DNA of 64,000 nucleotides from Octopus sinensis. Taxonomy: Eukaryota. Below the pieces are notes generated by a model that saw only the letters and a list, made by a program, of their open reading frames with translations, was not told where the DNA came from and searched no databases. Location of the stretch: NCBI RefSeq assembly GCF_006345805.1, contig NC_043001.1, positions 51,956,001 through 52,020,000 of the forward strand, given 5' to 3'. Shown one piece after another: positions 41,850 to 54,244 of the stretch; within the stretch, counting starts at the first letter, position 1, and every line of letters starts with the position of its first letter. The position numbers and the translations under genes were made by a program.

Positions 41850-41853
<4 letters not shown>
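40330..41853 (-). mobile_element. 5'-truncated Penelope-like element with 3' pLTR
   Basis: RT plus GIY-YIG ORF followed by a repeat with a degenerate hammerhead at 40362-40424. Confidence 0.9.
40633..41830 (-). CDS. Penelope-like RT C-terminal half plus GIY-YIG endonuclease (open, 5'-truncated)
   Basis: SMGSYDGAGICDLIG, IYKDD, VNFLDVSLDL, CSCRNKELCPLNGAC, IIYEATV...YVGLTEGNFKARFNNH; about 400 codons without a stop. The motif style resembles Hydra-type PLEs (recollection, unverified). Confidence 0.88.
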
Positions 41854-41900
<47 letters not shown>

Positions 41901-42257
41901 CCCAGATTCATAATCTCTGTACTTTTCTATGTAGATGACAAAAAATTCGAAAAAAGTTACAAATTTGCGGTGGGGATAAGGGGAAAATTAAAATATCGAA
42001 AACGTGATTTCTGGACAAAATCGCATTAATCTCCTCGTATACGATGAAACATTACATAGTCTCTGATCCTTCTTAAGAACAGAATGCACTTTCTTGCAAA
42101 TTTCACCCTCGCCTTTCACTATTAAACAAACAATAGCTTCCATTATTCCATTAACTATATATCAGCTGTGCCAATTCTTCCCATAAGAAAACAGCAAACA
42201 ATACAATGTGCTTGTAGATCAAACCTCCGGGTAACGCCGGGATGCATTACTAGTATT

Positions 42258-45200
42258 TCTATATAAATAAAGCAGAGTTTGTGTATATGTGTGTGCATAT
42301 GTTCCTTATACATTCGAAAACTTAGTTGTCGATTTTGACGTATGGGGTATCAAAAGATTCAGTAATCTTTCGGCTACCAAATAAACTTTATTTTTGTTTA
42401 AATATTTGCATTGCAAAAGTTTGACATTATGATCTTTCTATAAGTTAACTACCGTAAATAACATTTTATACCACGATGATGACGACGTCACATGTTCTGT
42501 CCGACTGTGTATGTGTCTGTCAATTTTTGTGTGTTTGTGCGATCGTTACCTTTGTTAGGCCGATGATTAAGAAGTATATGTGTGAGTGTATGTGAAGGTG
42601 TGACGACTGACACACACTCACACACACATACACGCACTCACTCACTCACTCACTCACACACATATCTAAATACAGAAACAGACACACAAAGAGAAAGCGA
42701 TAGGCTTGAGGTCTGCGTGAATGTATGTCTGTGAGTGTCTGTCTTACTATATGTATTTAATTGTACCGCCAACAGTGAAACGCATCGATTTTGAAAGAGT
42801 TTAATTTAGTTACGGCCTGGATGTTGAACGAACATCAGCATTCACTTTGAAGTATCATTGTTTGGATTTTCCTTTTCTTCATGGAGAGTTGCGCTTTAAA
42901 CAGGATTAACGATTATCACTACTTATGTGCTGGAATATTTGTCTGGTTTTTATAACCAGCGTGAAGATTTGGCTCATTTAACAGCACTCAAAACACTCGC
43001 AAATATATCTGAAAAAAAAAAATGTTATTCTGGTTATTATAACAAATTCGGAAACTTGGCGAAGTAGAAAGCCTTAGCGGCTCTTTCAATATAATTACAG
43101 AAATGTTATTCCAGTCCTTATAACCAGTTTGAAGATAATGCTGTTTTAACAGTCCTAGAGTCCTTGTCGTATTCCTACTACGCTGCTTTAACACTGTTAG
43201 TATTCAATGCCGCGCAACATTTTTGCGTTGGTCAGTATTAGTCAGTATTTATTCTACAGCCTATAACCTTACACAGTTAGAATATATAGTAATGTCAAAT
43301 TAATTTATGTTTTGCTACATATATCCTTCAGCAAATCTTTTAAATTACTTAATGTTTTCAACAACAACATATTCCTTCGTATACACTTTGTACAGCGTTC
43401 GTTTAAAAATTGTAAAATAATAAATTACTTTTATAAGAAAAATTGAATTTTCTTCGGGCTTGACTTCACCGTTACGTTTAATCCTGAATTTAATAACATT
43501 TAATAACATTTAGTACATGTTCCACATAAATGTTGACTTTCTGTACTTTGTTACATTGGTGACGCATAGTAATTTTTACTAAATTGGTGACTTTCCGACG
43601 CTGGAATATTTCTTTTGGAAATATTCACAAATAAAAAGTTTTATAGCATAACTACGCTACAGAAAGTGTGTTTTGCGTCTATACTGGCAACAGTACGTTT
43701 CGCTTGAACTCCGTGTGTACACGTTTTGCTGTTTTCAATTCTATCAGTGTCTCTATGTTTGTGAGTGTGTGTTTCCCGTTCGCTACGTCTATAGTAAACT
43801 ATAATAAAGGGCATTTTACGCCGTTTTAACGAGCTTACATCTAATGGATTAACCATCCTTATAGTAGGTGATCCCCATGAAAATCGTGATATTCTCATTC
43901 TTGCTCGAGATAACAACCTTAAACATGTTTCAGAGACTCATCCCTCTTATGATGCTCTCCGGTATCCTTTTATTTTGTGGAATGGACAAGATGGGTATCA
44001 TTTCAATATTCCACAGATTGAACCTGCAACAGGAGAGCCAATTATAAACAAAAAGGTATCGTCAAATGACTTCTATTCTTATCAACTGATGTTAAGACCA
44101 GAACAATCAAATCAATTACACATGTGTCCTGATCTATTTCAGCTATACCTGGTTGATATGTATGCTATAGTTGAGAGTCAGTATCTCCTCTACATTCGTA
44201 ACAATAAAACCAAAGTCCTCTCCAAGATGCTCTGAGGACATATAGTGATATAAAAACATGGGGCAACTTATAATCCTCCCATTATTATTCACAAGTTGTC
44301 CTCGATATTTGCACGAACACAAGATGCTATGACATATGTCAGGACATACAAAAAAACCCAGCTCTTTTTGTTACTTTTACCTGCAATCCCAAATGGAAGG
44401 AAATAAAATTTAACCTTCTTCCAGTGTTGCCTCCTCTGGTATTGTAGTTACTCTCCTCAATGGGGGGAGAATTGTTCCTTCCATGTTCAAGCTCCCTCTA
44501 AACCTTACAAGGAAAAATCGAAAATGTGCAGCATTTCCAAAAACTGTACCAGGGCAACAGTTCTCTAACAAACTTGCCTCATTGCTTGGGATGAGCTCAC
44601 TGTCACATTGTGGAGCTCCAAATTTACTTGACCGTACCCTCCAAGAAGATAAAAATCAATAATACGCTCACGGGAGGAGTAGCAGTTCTGGTTGGAGGAG
44701 ATTTTCGTCAAACGTTGTTAGTTATCCCCAAAGGATCAAAAGCTCATGAGGTTAATGCCTGCTTCAAAAAATCGTACCTTCGAAGAAATGTAAAAGAACT
44801 CCATTTTACAAGCAACATCAGAGTACTTCTACAAGGTGATCATACGAGATTCTTAAGATTGATAATAGGATATTATCATTCAAATCAAGACTTCAACTAC
44901 ATGAAATTACATGCGATTAAATGATACTTTCTTTACGGGATCTTATGGATAAAGTACTTCATAATTTATATGTCAATTACACTGATGTAAACTGGCTATG
45001 TGAAAGAGCTATACTAGCTCCAACTAATGAAATGGTTAATAAACTCAATCATGAACTTCTTCAAAAGTTAATAGATACATTAGAAATGACTTTTCGATCA
45101 AATGACAACAGTCGATCAAAATCAGGTTGTTCAGTACCCTGTTGAATTTCTGAACACACTTGAACCTATTAGGATGGCACTGCATAACATGACACTAAAA

Positions 45201-45545
45201 CTGGGTGCTCCCATTATGTTGTTTGGGAATCTTGACCACCTCACCTGTGTAATGGAATTCACTTAATTGTGACTTCCATGAAGTCCCATGTCCAACAAGC
45301 AACAATCATAACAAAGGAGAAAATGTCTTTATTTCAAAAATTCCTCTTGTACCTACATATGTTCCATTAGAAATTATGACGCTGCAGTTTCCAGTCAAAC
45401 TAAGTTTTGGTATTTCAATAAAAAAAATTCAGGGTCACTCACTCAAGGTAGTTGCACTTGACCTCTCTACTACATGCTACTCCCACTGCCAACTCTATGT
45501 TGCTTGCTCGCGAGATGGAAGCAGCAACAATTTATTCATTTCAAC
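42258..45545 (+). mobile_element. Helitron with decayed RepHel, starting directly after the previous Helitron 3' end
   Basis: 5' TCTATATAAATAAAG; shares ACCACGATGA.GACGAC with about 38340-38400; 3' end not found. Confidence 0.75.
43800..45545 (+). pseudogene. Helitron Rep/PIF1-like helicase remnant
   Basis: YDALRYP, LFQLYLVDMY, FVTFTCNPKWKEI (Rep); GGDFRQTL, AILAPTN, QFPVKLSF..SHCQLYVACSR (helicase motifs); many stops and a large internal deletion. Confidence 0.9.
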
Positions 45546-46499
45546 AGATTTTCAGTTCGAAATTGTATTATCAATACAATTTGCTTGACTAAAACTTTTC
45601 AAAGTGGTGCTCCTGCATAGGCGCAGTCAAATAACTGAAACAAGTAAAAGAATACGTACATACTTGAATGCAAACATAAACACATTTACATTCAGCAAAT
45701 CTATGTATGAATTTACGAATTAAACACACACACACGCAAACACATATAAAATGTTTTAAATATATTTTTAAATGTATGGGTTGTTTACAGCGTGCTCATA
45801 GCCAGCAAAAGCGAAAAGAATATAGAGTTCAAGCAATTGAAACAGATTCCCGAACACATAAATGAAATCATTCAACATCAACATAAATCATGCATATACA
45901 AGCATAAATATTCCCGAAGGGTATAAATAATACGAAGCCAAACATACAGAAAGATATAGAAGATATATAAAGATATATAAAAATACATATAAAATTGCAT
46001 ATAAATAAAAATTTACATGTAAAGTGTTATGCGTGATAAATATAGGAGGTGCAAAACGAATGAGAGGTTGATAAATATAGGAATAAAACGTTAATTTTAA
46101 AATAGTAAACCGCCCAAATCGTCTAAAAATCACCTATTCATATAAATTATATTACATAGAAGTTACGAGATGAAAGATGTCCGAGGTCAAATATCTAAAA
46201 CCAGCGAGGGCTAAATTTCGAGGTTAAAAATACAGAAATAAGAAGGATCCAAAGTTGGAGGATTTCCCATCTACGGCCGTTTCAGGGGTACATTACCGAG
46301 CATGGACATTATCTATGTGGTAGAGAAGCAAACTTCTTACCAAGGGAATTAGAAATTATGTCATGAAATCCATAATTCCTTATTCCTTTGTCATTCATAC
46401 AATTTCTTATTACTACTCTGACACATATGTACAACAACGAGTTATTAGTATTTATTTTTCTAATTGGATAAAGAAAATACATATGCACACACATAGATA

Positions 46500-46630
46500 G
46501 GTGTCTTTACGTTCTGAGTTCAAATTCCGCCGAAGTCGACTTTGCCTTTCATCGTTTCGGGGTCGATAAATTATGTACCAGTTGCATACCGAGGTCGATC
46601 TAATCAACTGGCCTCCTCCCCCCAAAATTG
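46500..46630 (+). mobile_element. SINE family A, 5'-truncated
   Basis: GTTCTGAGTTCAAATTCCGCCGAAGTCGACTTTGCCTTTCATC. Confidence 0.85.
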
Positions 46631-47625
46631 TATGTATGCAAACATACATACATACATACATACGTATATACATACATATATACATACATATATACATACA
46701 TATACACATACATACATGCATAGATGCATGCAAGCATGGTGGTTGTCTACTCCTTATGCAGAGTCTGACCACCTCTCGTACCTACGCCTTAGATCCATCA
46801 TGGCGTCTGATGTGACCTTTTAAACCAGATAATGTATTGGAAATCACCCACAAATCAAATTTGGACTACCAAGAGCTGTAGTTAATTTCTGATTGTTGTG
46901 GATCTCAAAATGTCATTTGAGGCCTCCATCAGATTTGCATGCCTTATGGCATACACGACAAGGAAAGGTGTGCACAATTATATAGTAGAGTATTTGGTGG
47001 AGACTCGTTTTTCATCGATCTACAAACGAGATTTGAGCCCAGCAAAAGAAAGGAATGGTGCTCCAGTATGACCGCCGCCGCATGGCTGATATAAACGAAA
47101 GAAGGAAAATAAATATGCAGGAGTGTAACAATGTGGGAAATAGTAAAAATATCGATAACAACCACTATTGCTACAAGAACAACAACTACAATAGACTAGT
47201 AAACGCTATAGAGCTGAAATCTTCCTCAAATTAAATCTTTGAGAACACATTTAATAATGTAGAATTGTCATAGTTGAAATACATTTCTGACTGGTCGGGT
47301 TAATCACGTCTCTATCTTCTATATAGATATTAATAGAACGTACTCACGCACATACAGAAATATTTCAATATCAGAAACAATGGAAATTTTACGAAAGCAA
47401 ATCTCGGGAACTCTAAATAAATAAATACAATTGAAATCATATAATAATAAGCGTAGACATTGACGTTACGTGCTATTGACTATTAGGTACCATGAACTTT
47501 CTAAAGGTGATATTCTGAATGGCTTTAAATTAGGAGTGGTTTTTGCGTCGAAAATTATAATTACTGTTCCATTCAACATAAATCTTGGTCTGACATATTT
47601 ATTGTAGCTAATTACATTATTTGGG

Positions 47626-47754
<129 letters not shown>

Positions 47755-47924
47755 CGTGTATGTGTGTGTATATATATGTTAATAATATCAAGGGTAATAA
47801 GATGGTAAATGTTTTTATTTTTCTTTCCCTTCGAAGTTTTATCCCTAATAGCGGTATGGAATTTAACTATTTCTTCTAGCATATTGGATGTCCGCTTAGT
47901 GGCTATCCCTATTATACGCATGTA

Positions 47925-48014
<90 letters not shown>

Positions 48015-48023
48015 AATATATAT

Positions 48024-48055
<32 letters not shown>

Positions 48056-48306
48056 CAACAAGCAAAACTGCAAGTTTATGTTGTATATATATATATATAT
48101 AACAAGCAAAAATGCAAGTTTTAAAGTAGTAGATTAAAGTAGTAGTTGTACTGGCAAGTAATATTCGTAGCTACTTTAACAGGGCAGACTCATCTGCGAT
48201 ATTTTAACCATAAGAGACATCTCCACTAGCTGGTTAACGATATACAGCTGCATCCGATAAAATTGTGAACAGGGGAGCGAACCCCTACCATCTCTTAGGG
48301 ACAGAA

Positions 48307-48357
48307 CCAGTAGACCAGTCCTGGTTTCGGTCTATTTCTGCCACTCTTCAGTACTGG
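48307..48357 (-). ncRNA. Type I hammerhead with degenerate stem II
   Basis: Minus strand: CCAGTA-CTGAAGA-GTGGCagaaataGACC-GAAA-CCAGGACTG-GTC-TACTGG; stem I 6 bp, stem III 5 bp. Confidence 0.7.
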
Positions 48358-48401
48358 ACACCTCTCTGTTAGAAATGGTAGCAGCTCGCTCTGCACGCAA
48401 T

Positions 48402-48647
48402 ATATATATATATATATATATATATATTTCTTTACTACCTACAAGGGGCTAAACACAGAGGGGAAAAACAAGGACAGACAAACGGATTAAGTCGATTACA
48501 TCGACTTCCAGCGTGTAACTGGTACTTAATTCATCGGCCCCGAAAGAATGAAAGGCAAAGTCGACCTCGGCGGAATTTGAACCCAGAACGTAACGGCAGA
48601 CGAACGGCTACGCATTTCGCCCGGCGAGTTAACGTTTCTGCCAGCTG
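48402..48647 (-). mobile_element. SINE family A with the Tx1-like tail and a TSD
   Basis: GCACGCAAT duplicated at 48393-48401 and 48648-48656; tail followed by (TA)n. Confidence 0.88.
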
Positions 48648-49014
48648 GCACGCAATATATATATTTCAAGCGAACACACAGTCGCTAGTGCTAAAATCTC
48701 TCTAAGAGATTAAAGCTGTAGTTGTACTAACAAGTAATATTCGTAGCCACTTTAACATGGCTGTCCGTTCGAGCAGACTCTACTTGGATTTTTTTAACAG
48801 CAAGAGAAATCTCCTCTAACTGGTTAACGATGCACAGGTGCATCCGATCGGTCGCTATGAGATGATAGGTGTTCGTTCGCCTGCTCACAATTTTATCGGA
48901 TGCAGCTTTGCATCGTTAACCAGCTAGTGGAGATGTCCTCTTGGGGTTAAAAAATCAATCGCAGCAGAGTCCGCTCAATCGGACAGCCATGCTGAAGTGG
49001 CTACGATTACTACT

Positions 49015-49091
<77 letters not shown>

Positions 49092-49099
49092 AGTGTGTG

Positions 49100-49457
49100 T
49101 GAGTATGGAAATGTCAATGCTTGGAATCTCGTTGTGAGAGCACATCAGTAACGAGGCCATCAGAGAGAAGTCCGGCATGAGGGATGTCATCGCAGAATAT
49201 ACACGCAGCAAGTTTAGATGGGCTGGACACGTCGCCCGGCTCACCAATAATCGGTGGACCCGCGCAGTTGTCGAGTGGTACCCGCGCGAGCAGAAACGAC
49301 CACCCGGAAGGTCTCCGCGACGGTGGAGTTACGATTTCAGGAGGACGATTGGGATCACGTGAATGAGAAAGGCGCGATCCAGAGAGGAGTGAACAGCGTG
49401 CTGTGACCAGCGGTGTCAAATGGACGCTCGACGGACTGGTCGGTCAAGGTGATCATG

Positions 49458-49460
<3 letters not shown>
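49100..49460 (+). pseudogene. RTE-clade LINE 3' fragment
   Basis: KFRWAGHVARLTNNRWTRAVVEWYPREQKRPPGRSPRRW; inserted within (TA)n. Confidence 0.9.
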
Positions 49461-49496
<36 letters not shown>

Positions 49497-49501
<5 letters not shown>

Positions 49502-50021
49502 ATTTTATAATTACGAGTATAATTGTAATTAGGGTTCAGCAAAGATTTGCTTTGCCACATACCGAAGTTTAGAAATAGCAGCCAAAGAACCTTAGCTATT
49601 TCTTCTACTATAAGAAGAGACTCCCGGACAAAACTCGCCGGTACTGGACGTTGAATATGATCTGTCTGATACTGTTTTGAATTGGATAGGTATGTTCAAT
49701 TTTTCCAGTGCTCTCAAATTTAATATCGGGGAATCCTGTGCTGAAGATGAAAATGTTTGGGTGAAGTATGATTTTTATATTCTTCATACCGATCTAATTC
49801 CGAAACGCGTCCACAGGTAATCAAATACCGAGGGAATTTCGTTATTTTTCCTCTCTGTCTGCGTGGGTTATTTCTAATATTTTGCTTTGTCCGGGAGTCT
49901 CTTCTTATAGTAGAAGAAATAGCTAAGGTTCTTTGCCTGCTATTCCTAAACTTCGGTATGTGGTAAAGCAAATCTTTGCTGAACCCTAATTATAGTCATA
50001 CTCGTAATTATAAAATATTGT
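49497..50021. mobile_element. Fold-back with 136-bp arms and a hammerhead in the spacer
   Basis: 49497-49632 versus 49886-50021, 130/136 identical in reverse complement (manual count). Confidence 0.9.
49735..49817 (+). ncRNA. Type I hammerhead with long imperfect stem II
   Basis: CCTGTG-CTGAAGA-(54 nt)-GAAA-CGC-GTC-CACAGG; stem III palindrome ACGCGT. Confidence 0.78.
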
Positions 50022-50289
50022 TTAAGTTTACCGAAAAATGGTCCTTTTTCATGCCGAATTTTACTTGGTGGAATTATTAATTACGAGTTAATTAATTAAT
50101 TTTACCCTTTATTATAATTGATAAATTATATATATATATAGGTTATGAGAGGTAATGGTGTCAAGAAGACCCAAAGGTGTCAAGTAATGCTATGGACAGT
50201 CTATAGTTAAGCTCCAGGTTCGGTGATTATGCGAATGAGGAGTCCAGCGTAGGTCATATATCAGCATATGCATATATAAAAAAATTAAC

Positions 50290-51025
50290 AGTATTTCGTC
50301 TGCCGCTACGTTCTGAGTTCACATTCCGCCGAGGTCGACTTTGGTTTTCATCCTTTCGGGATCGATTAAATAAGTACCAGTTACGAACTGGGGTCGATAT
50401 AATAAACTTAATCCGTCTGTCTATCCTTGTTTGTCCCCTCTGTGTTTAGCCCCTTGTGGGTAGTAAAGAAATAGGTATTTCGTCTGACACTACGTTCTGA
50501 GTTCAAATTTCGCCGAGGTCGACTTTGCCTTTCGTCCATTCGAGGTCGATTAAATAAGTACCAGTTACGAACTGGGGTCGATATAATCGACTTAATCCGT
50601 TTGTCTGTCCTCGTTTGTCCTCTCTGTGTTTAGCCCCTTGTGGGTAGTAAAGAAATAGGTATTTCGTCTGACACTACGTTCTGATTTCAAATTTCGCCGA
50701 TGTCGACTTTGCCTTTCATCCTTTCGGGGTCGATGAATTAAGTACCAGCGAAACACTGGGGTCGATGCAATCAACTAGTCCCCTGCACCAAATTTCAGGC
50801 CTTGTGCAGCAAACTGGCAGCGAACTGGCAGAATCGTTAGCAAACCGGCCAAAATGCTTAGCAGCATGCCGTCCATCATTACATTCTGAGTTCGAATTCC
50901 GTCGGGGTCCACCTTGTCTTTCATCCTTTCGGGTTCGATAAAGTAAATACCTGTTGAGCACTGCGGTCTATGTACTCAACCTACTCTCCTCCCGAATTTG
51001 CTGGCCTTGTGCTAAAATTTGAAAC
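50290..51025 (+). mobile_element. SINE family A trimer with 184-bp period, plus an adjacent monomer
   Basis: Units start at 50290, 50474 and 50658; a further copy at about 50815-51025. Confidence 0.9.
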
Positions 51026-51979
51026 CATTAATACGTACAATGTGCTTATGATTACATTTAAGTTAAGTTAAGTTAAGTTAATTTTTTGGCTCAAAAAGCA
51101 AAAAGCAAGGCCATGTAGGGGGACATGGAGTTATGTACAGGGGTGTTCATGCAAAGAGTTCAGGTCATTTCTGGTCAAGAGAGACTTTGAACCGAGCGGT
51201 TATAGGTGCTCTAATTATAATTAGAGCATCAATGTATAATTATAAATGAGAAAAGCAACACTCCCAACTACATTATATAATGTGTCATCCTTTCCGTGTT
51301 TTAGACATTATGGTGTAGTTTAAGGGAGAGTTGACTGCTATTTCTAGTAGTTTGATAGACCACATAAATGTTTCGTCTTCGGTGTCTGCTGATTTCCATG
51401 ACAACAAAGAGTTGATAATATGAATGCGACTTTCGTCAACTTTATGCGTCAGAACTTCAATCTTTGAAAATAATCTGGTAAAAATTAGAAAAACTTCAAG
51501 TGGTTGGAAGAAATTTAACGTAACCCATCAATGGTTACGAAGTGGAGTGGTTATTGGCACTGTTGTTGTTGTTGTTGTTGATGATGATAATTATGATTAT
51601 GATGATGATGATGTTTAGCTCCAGATCAGCCCTAGTCGAAGAAACTTATCATCGAGGGATTTCCACCTATTTTTTCTTGTAAATTTAGAACGGCATTGCC
51701 TCATGTATACCTCCGTTTCAAGATGATGGTTTGGATTGTGAGGGAGATTTAACTACTGCTTTTAACTAGTCGAGAGACCACGCAAAAAAGTTCTAGTAGG
51801 TATGGTAATGATGCTGAGGGGTCGCACACGTGTGTATGTCTCTGTGTGTGAGTGCGTGTATGTGTCTGTGTGTGTAAGACAGTATGTATGTGTGAGAGAG
51901 TGAAAAAATATGTGTGTGTGTGTGTGTGTGTGTATGTGTGCGTGCGTGCATGCACGCGTATTATTGTGCCATTGGCAAT

Positions 51980-52290
51980 GAGATGGCGCGTAGCGTAATG
52001 GAATGTGTATTCGGCTTACGATCGTAAAGTAGTAAGTTCGGTTCCTGGTGATGCGCTCTGCCCTTGATCAAGACACTTTATTTCACGTTGCTTCAGCTCA
52101 CACAGCTGGAGAAAATGAGTTGTGCCTGTATTTCAGTTGCCATCCCTTGTCACATCCAGTATGTCACACTGAATTTCCCTGGGAACGATGAGGACCTGTG
52201 TTGTGGAGTGCTCAGTCACAGGTATGTTAATTTCATGGGTTGTTGGTCATATCAACTGGAATACTTACCGTCGTAACCGACGGAGTGCCC
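51980..52290 (+). mobile_element. Third tRNA-derived SINE family (C)
   Basis: GGCGCGTAGCGTAATGG head, GTTCGGTTCC B-box-like motif, CTTGATCAAGACACTTTATTTCAC. Confidence 0.6.
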
Positions 52291-52839
52291 CGGCTATTGG
52301 TAATAATTGTGATAGTGATTTAGTTAGCGTGGTGTTAGTTATAATAGCAAAGACCACAGTAATGTGAGAGTGGCTGTCTGATGCATGTAAATGACAGGCG
52401 ATAAGTGTGTTAATGACAACTGTACTAATGATAGTGGTGATGGCTGTCTATTCATTTCACATATATTTTAACTGTCCTCATTGATTAATCTCAAGATTTC
52501 TCCCCTCTACATAACTGCCATTTGCTAATTCTCGACAACACTTCAAATGGATTCGTCATTAGACTCTTTTGCTGTAAATTGTCCAGCCGTGAGAAGACAT
52601 GCTTATATTTGCTTAACCAGTGCACAAATCAAGTGGTAGCCAATACTTACAGTTACTTAAGTTTACCTCGTGTTTCTGATTGTGAGTCGTCTGTACAACT
52701 GATAATAGTTCTTCATGTTTAAATAGTTGAGTGTATCACACTTTGGAGAAATAACTTGTATATAACGTCTTCAAATTCATCGCATTTCTTTTGGTATGTT
52801 TCAGAAACTTTGTTTTGTGTTACTATATAATTATTTCGT

Positions 52840-53025
52840 TTTCAAAGGCGGCAAAATCATTAGCACACCGGCATGTTTTCTGGCATATTACATTCTGAAT
52901 TTAAATGTCACCGTTCATCCTTTCGGGTCCGATAAAAATAAGCACAAATCGAACACTGGTATTGATGTAATCAACTAACCCACATTCCACAAATTTCAGG
53001 CTTTGTACCTATAGTAGAAAGGATA
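52840..53025 (+). mobile_element. SINE family A, degenerate
   Basis: AAGGCGGC..ATCATTAGCACACCGG, TCATCCTTTCGGGTCCGATAAA, TTTCAGGCTTTGTACCTATAGTAGAAAGG. Confidence 0.75.
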
Positions 53026-53599
53026 TATTATTATTTAGCTGTCTTAAATAAATGTCAGCATCTTTCAGAAATTTCCCGACATGACTGTTTAAGTCTTACT
53101 CCAGAGTTTCCTTGTTCCTCATCATCTAAATCAAAAATTAGAATCATGGTTTTTATGGGTATACAGAGATACATAATCAAGTTGGTGAGTTGCAAGTTTG
53201 ACTCCATCCAATGGGCTGTGTTACATTCTATAGTAAACACTAGGCAATCTTCTGATGCAACCTTTGCTTAGCATCAACCGGCGTTCAGTTTAGTGGCTAC
53301 TAGTGTAGTTTACAAATAAAATGCAAATATAATACGGTCCCTTCCGAGTATTATATAAACAGTATCATAAATATTTACTGGATTGACTATAGCCTAGAAC
53401 TAACTCTCAGCTATAATATCAGAGTATAATTAAAATGAATTTAAAGGAGACAAAGATATAAGATACAGATACAAGTCATGGTCCTTATACATCTAACGAA
53501 ATGTAGATGAGTCGTAAATATAGACACTATGTATTTGTCTGTCTGTCTAACTGCCTGCCTGCCTGCTTGTCTGTCTGCCTGCCTGTCTGTCGGTGTGTG

Positions 53600-53633
<34 letters not shown>

Positions 53634-53734
53634 AACACTGTATGTATGTATGTGTGTATGTATGTGTGTGTATATATACATATGTATAGTAAATGTCATT
53701 CTCAGTATATATCATACGCACACACACATATGCA

Positions 53735-54140
53735 TCTATTCTTTTATTCTTTTACTTGTTTTAGTAATTTGACTGCAGCCATGCTTGAAGAGTTTTAGTC
53801 GAACAAGTCGACCCCAGGGCTTTTCTTCGTAAGCCTACTAATTATTCTATCCGTCTCTTTTGCCGAACCGATAAATTATCAGCACGTAAACACATTAGCA
53901 CATCAACGCTAGTTGTCAAGCAGTGATGGAGTGAGAAGCACAGCCACAAAGACAGACATGCATAGATATATACATGAGTATATACGACGGGTTTCTTTCA
54001 GTTTCCGTCTACCAAATCCACTCACAAGGCCTTACGTGGGTCCGAGGCTATAGACTAGCCCATGGTGCAACGCACTGGGACTGAACCCGGAGCCATGAGG
54101 TCGGGAAGAAAGCTACTTACCACACAGCCATGCCTGCGCC
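53735..54140 (-). mobile_element. SINE family B, near complete
   Basis: Head GGCGCAGGCATGGCTGTGTGGTAAG on the minus strand through to the tail. Confidence 0.88.
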
Positions 54141-54244
54141 TATATCTGGTATGAAATTCTATTTTCAGCTAACGCTGTATCAAATCACCAAATTCTGATC
54201 AAAAACATAACAACACAAAGATGTTTTTCAAAAATAACATTATA

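Larger units (their letters stand above)
37832..42253 (+). mobile_element. Non-autonomous Helitron with nested insertions (pairing of the two ends is inferred)
   Basis: 5' A|TCTATATATATAAAG..TGTGTGTTTG; 3' TCCGGGTAACGCCGGG-ATGCATTA-CTAG|T at 42253. Confidence 0.6.
48133..49015. mobile_element. PLE-type tandem plus inverted repeat arrangement
   Basis: Direct copies at about 48133-48260 and 48712-48848; inverted copy at about 48880-49015. Confidence 0.8.

Noticed and set aside
50290-50810. CRISPR-like or satellite array
   Set aside because: Eukaryotic context; units are whole SINE bodies with no unique spacers.
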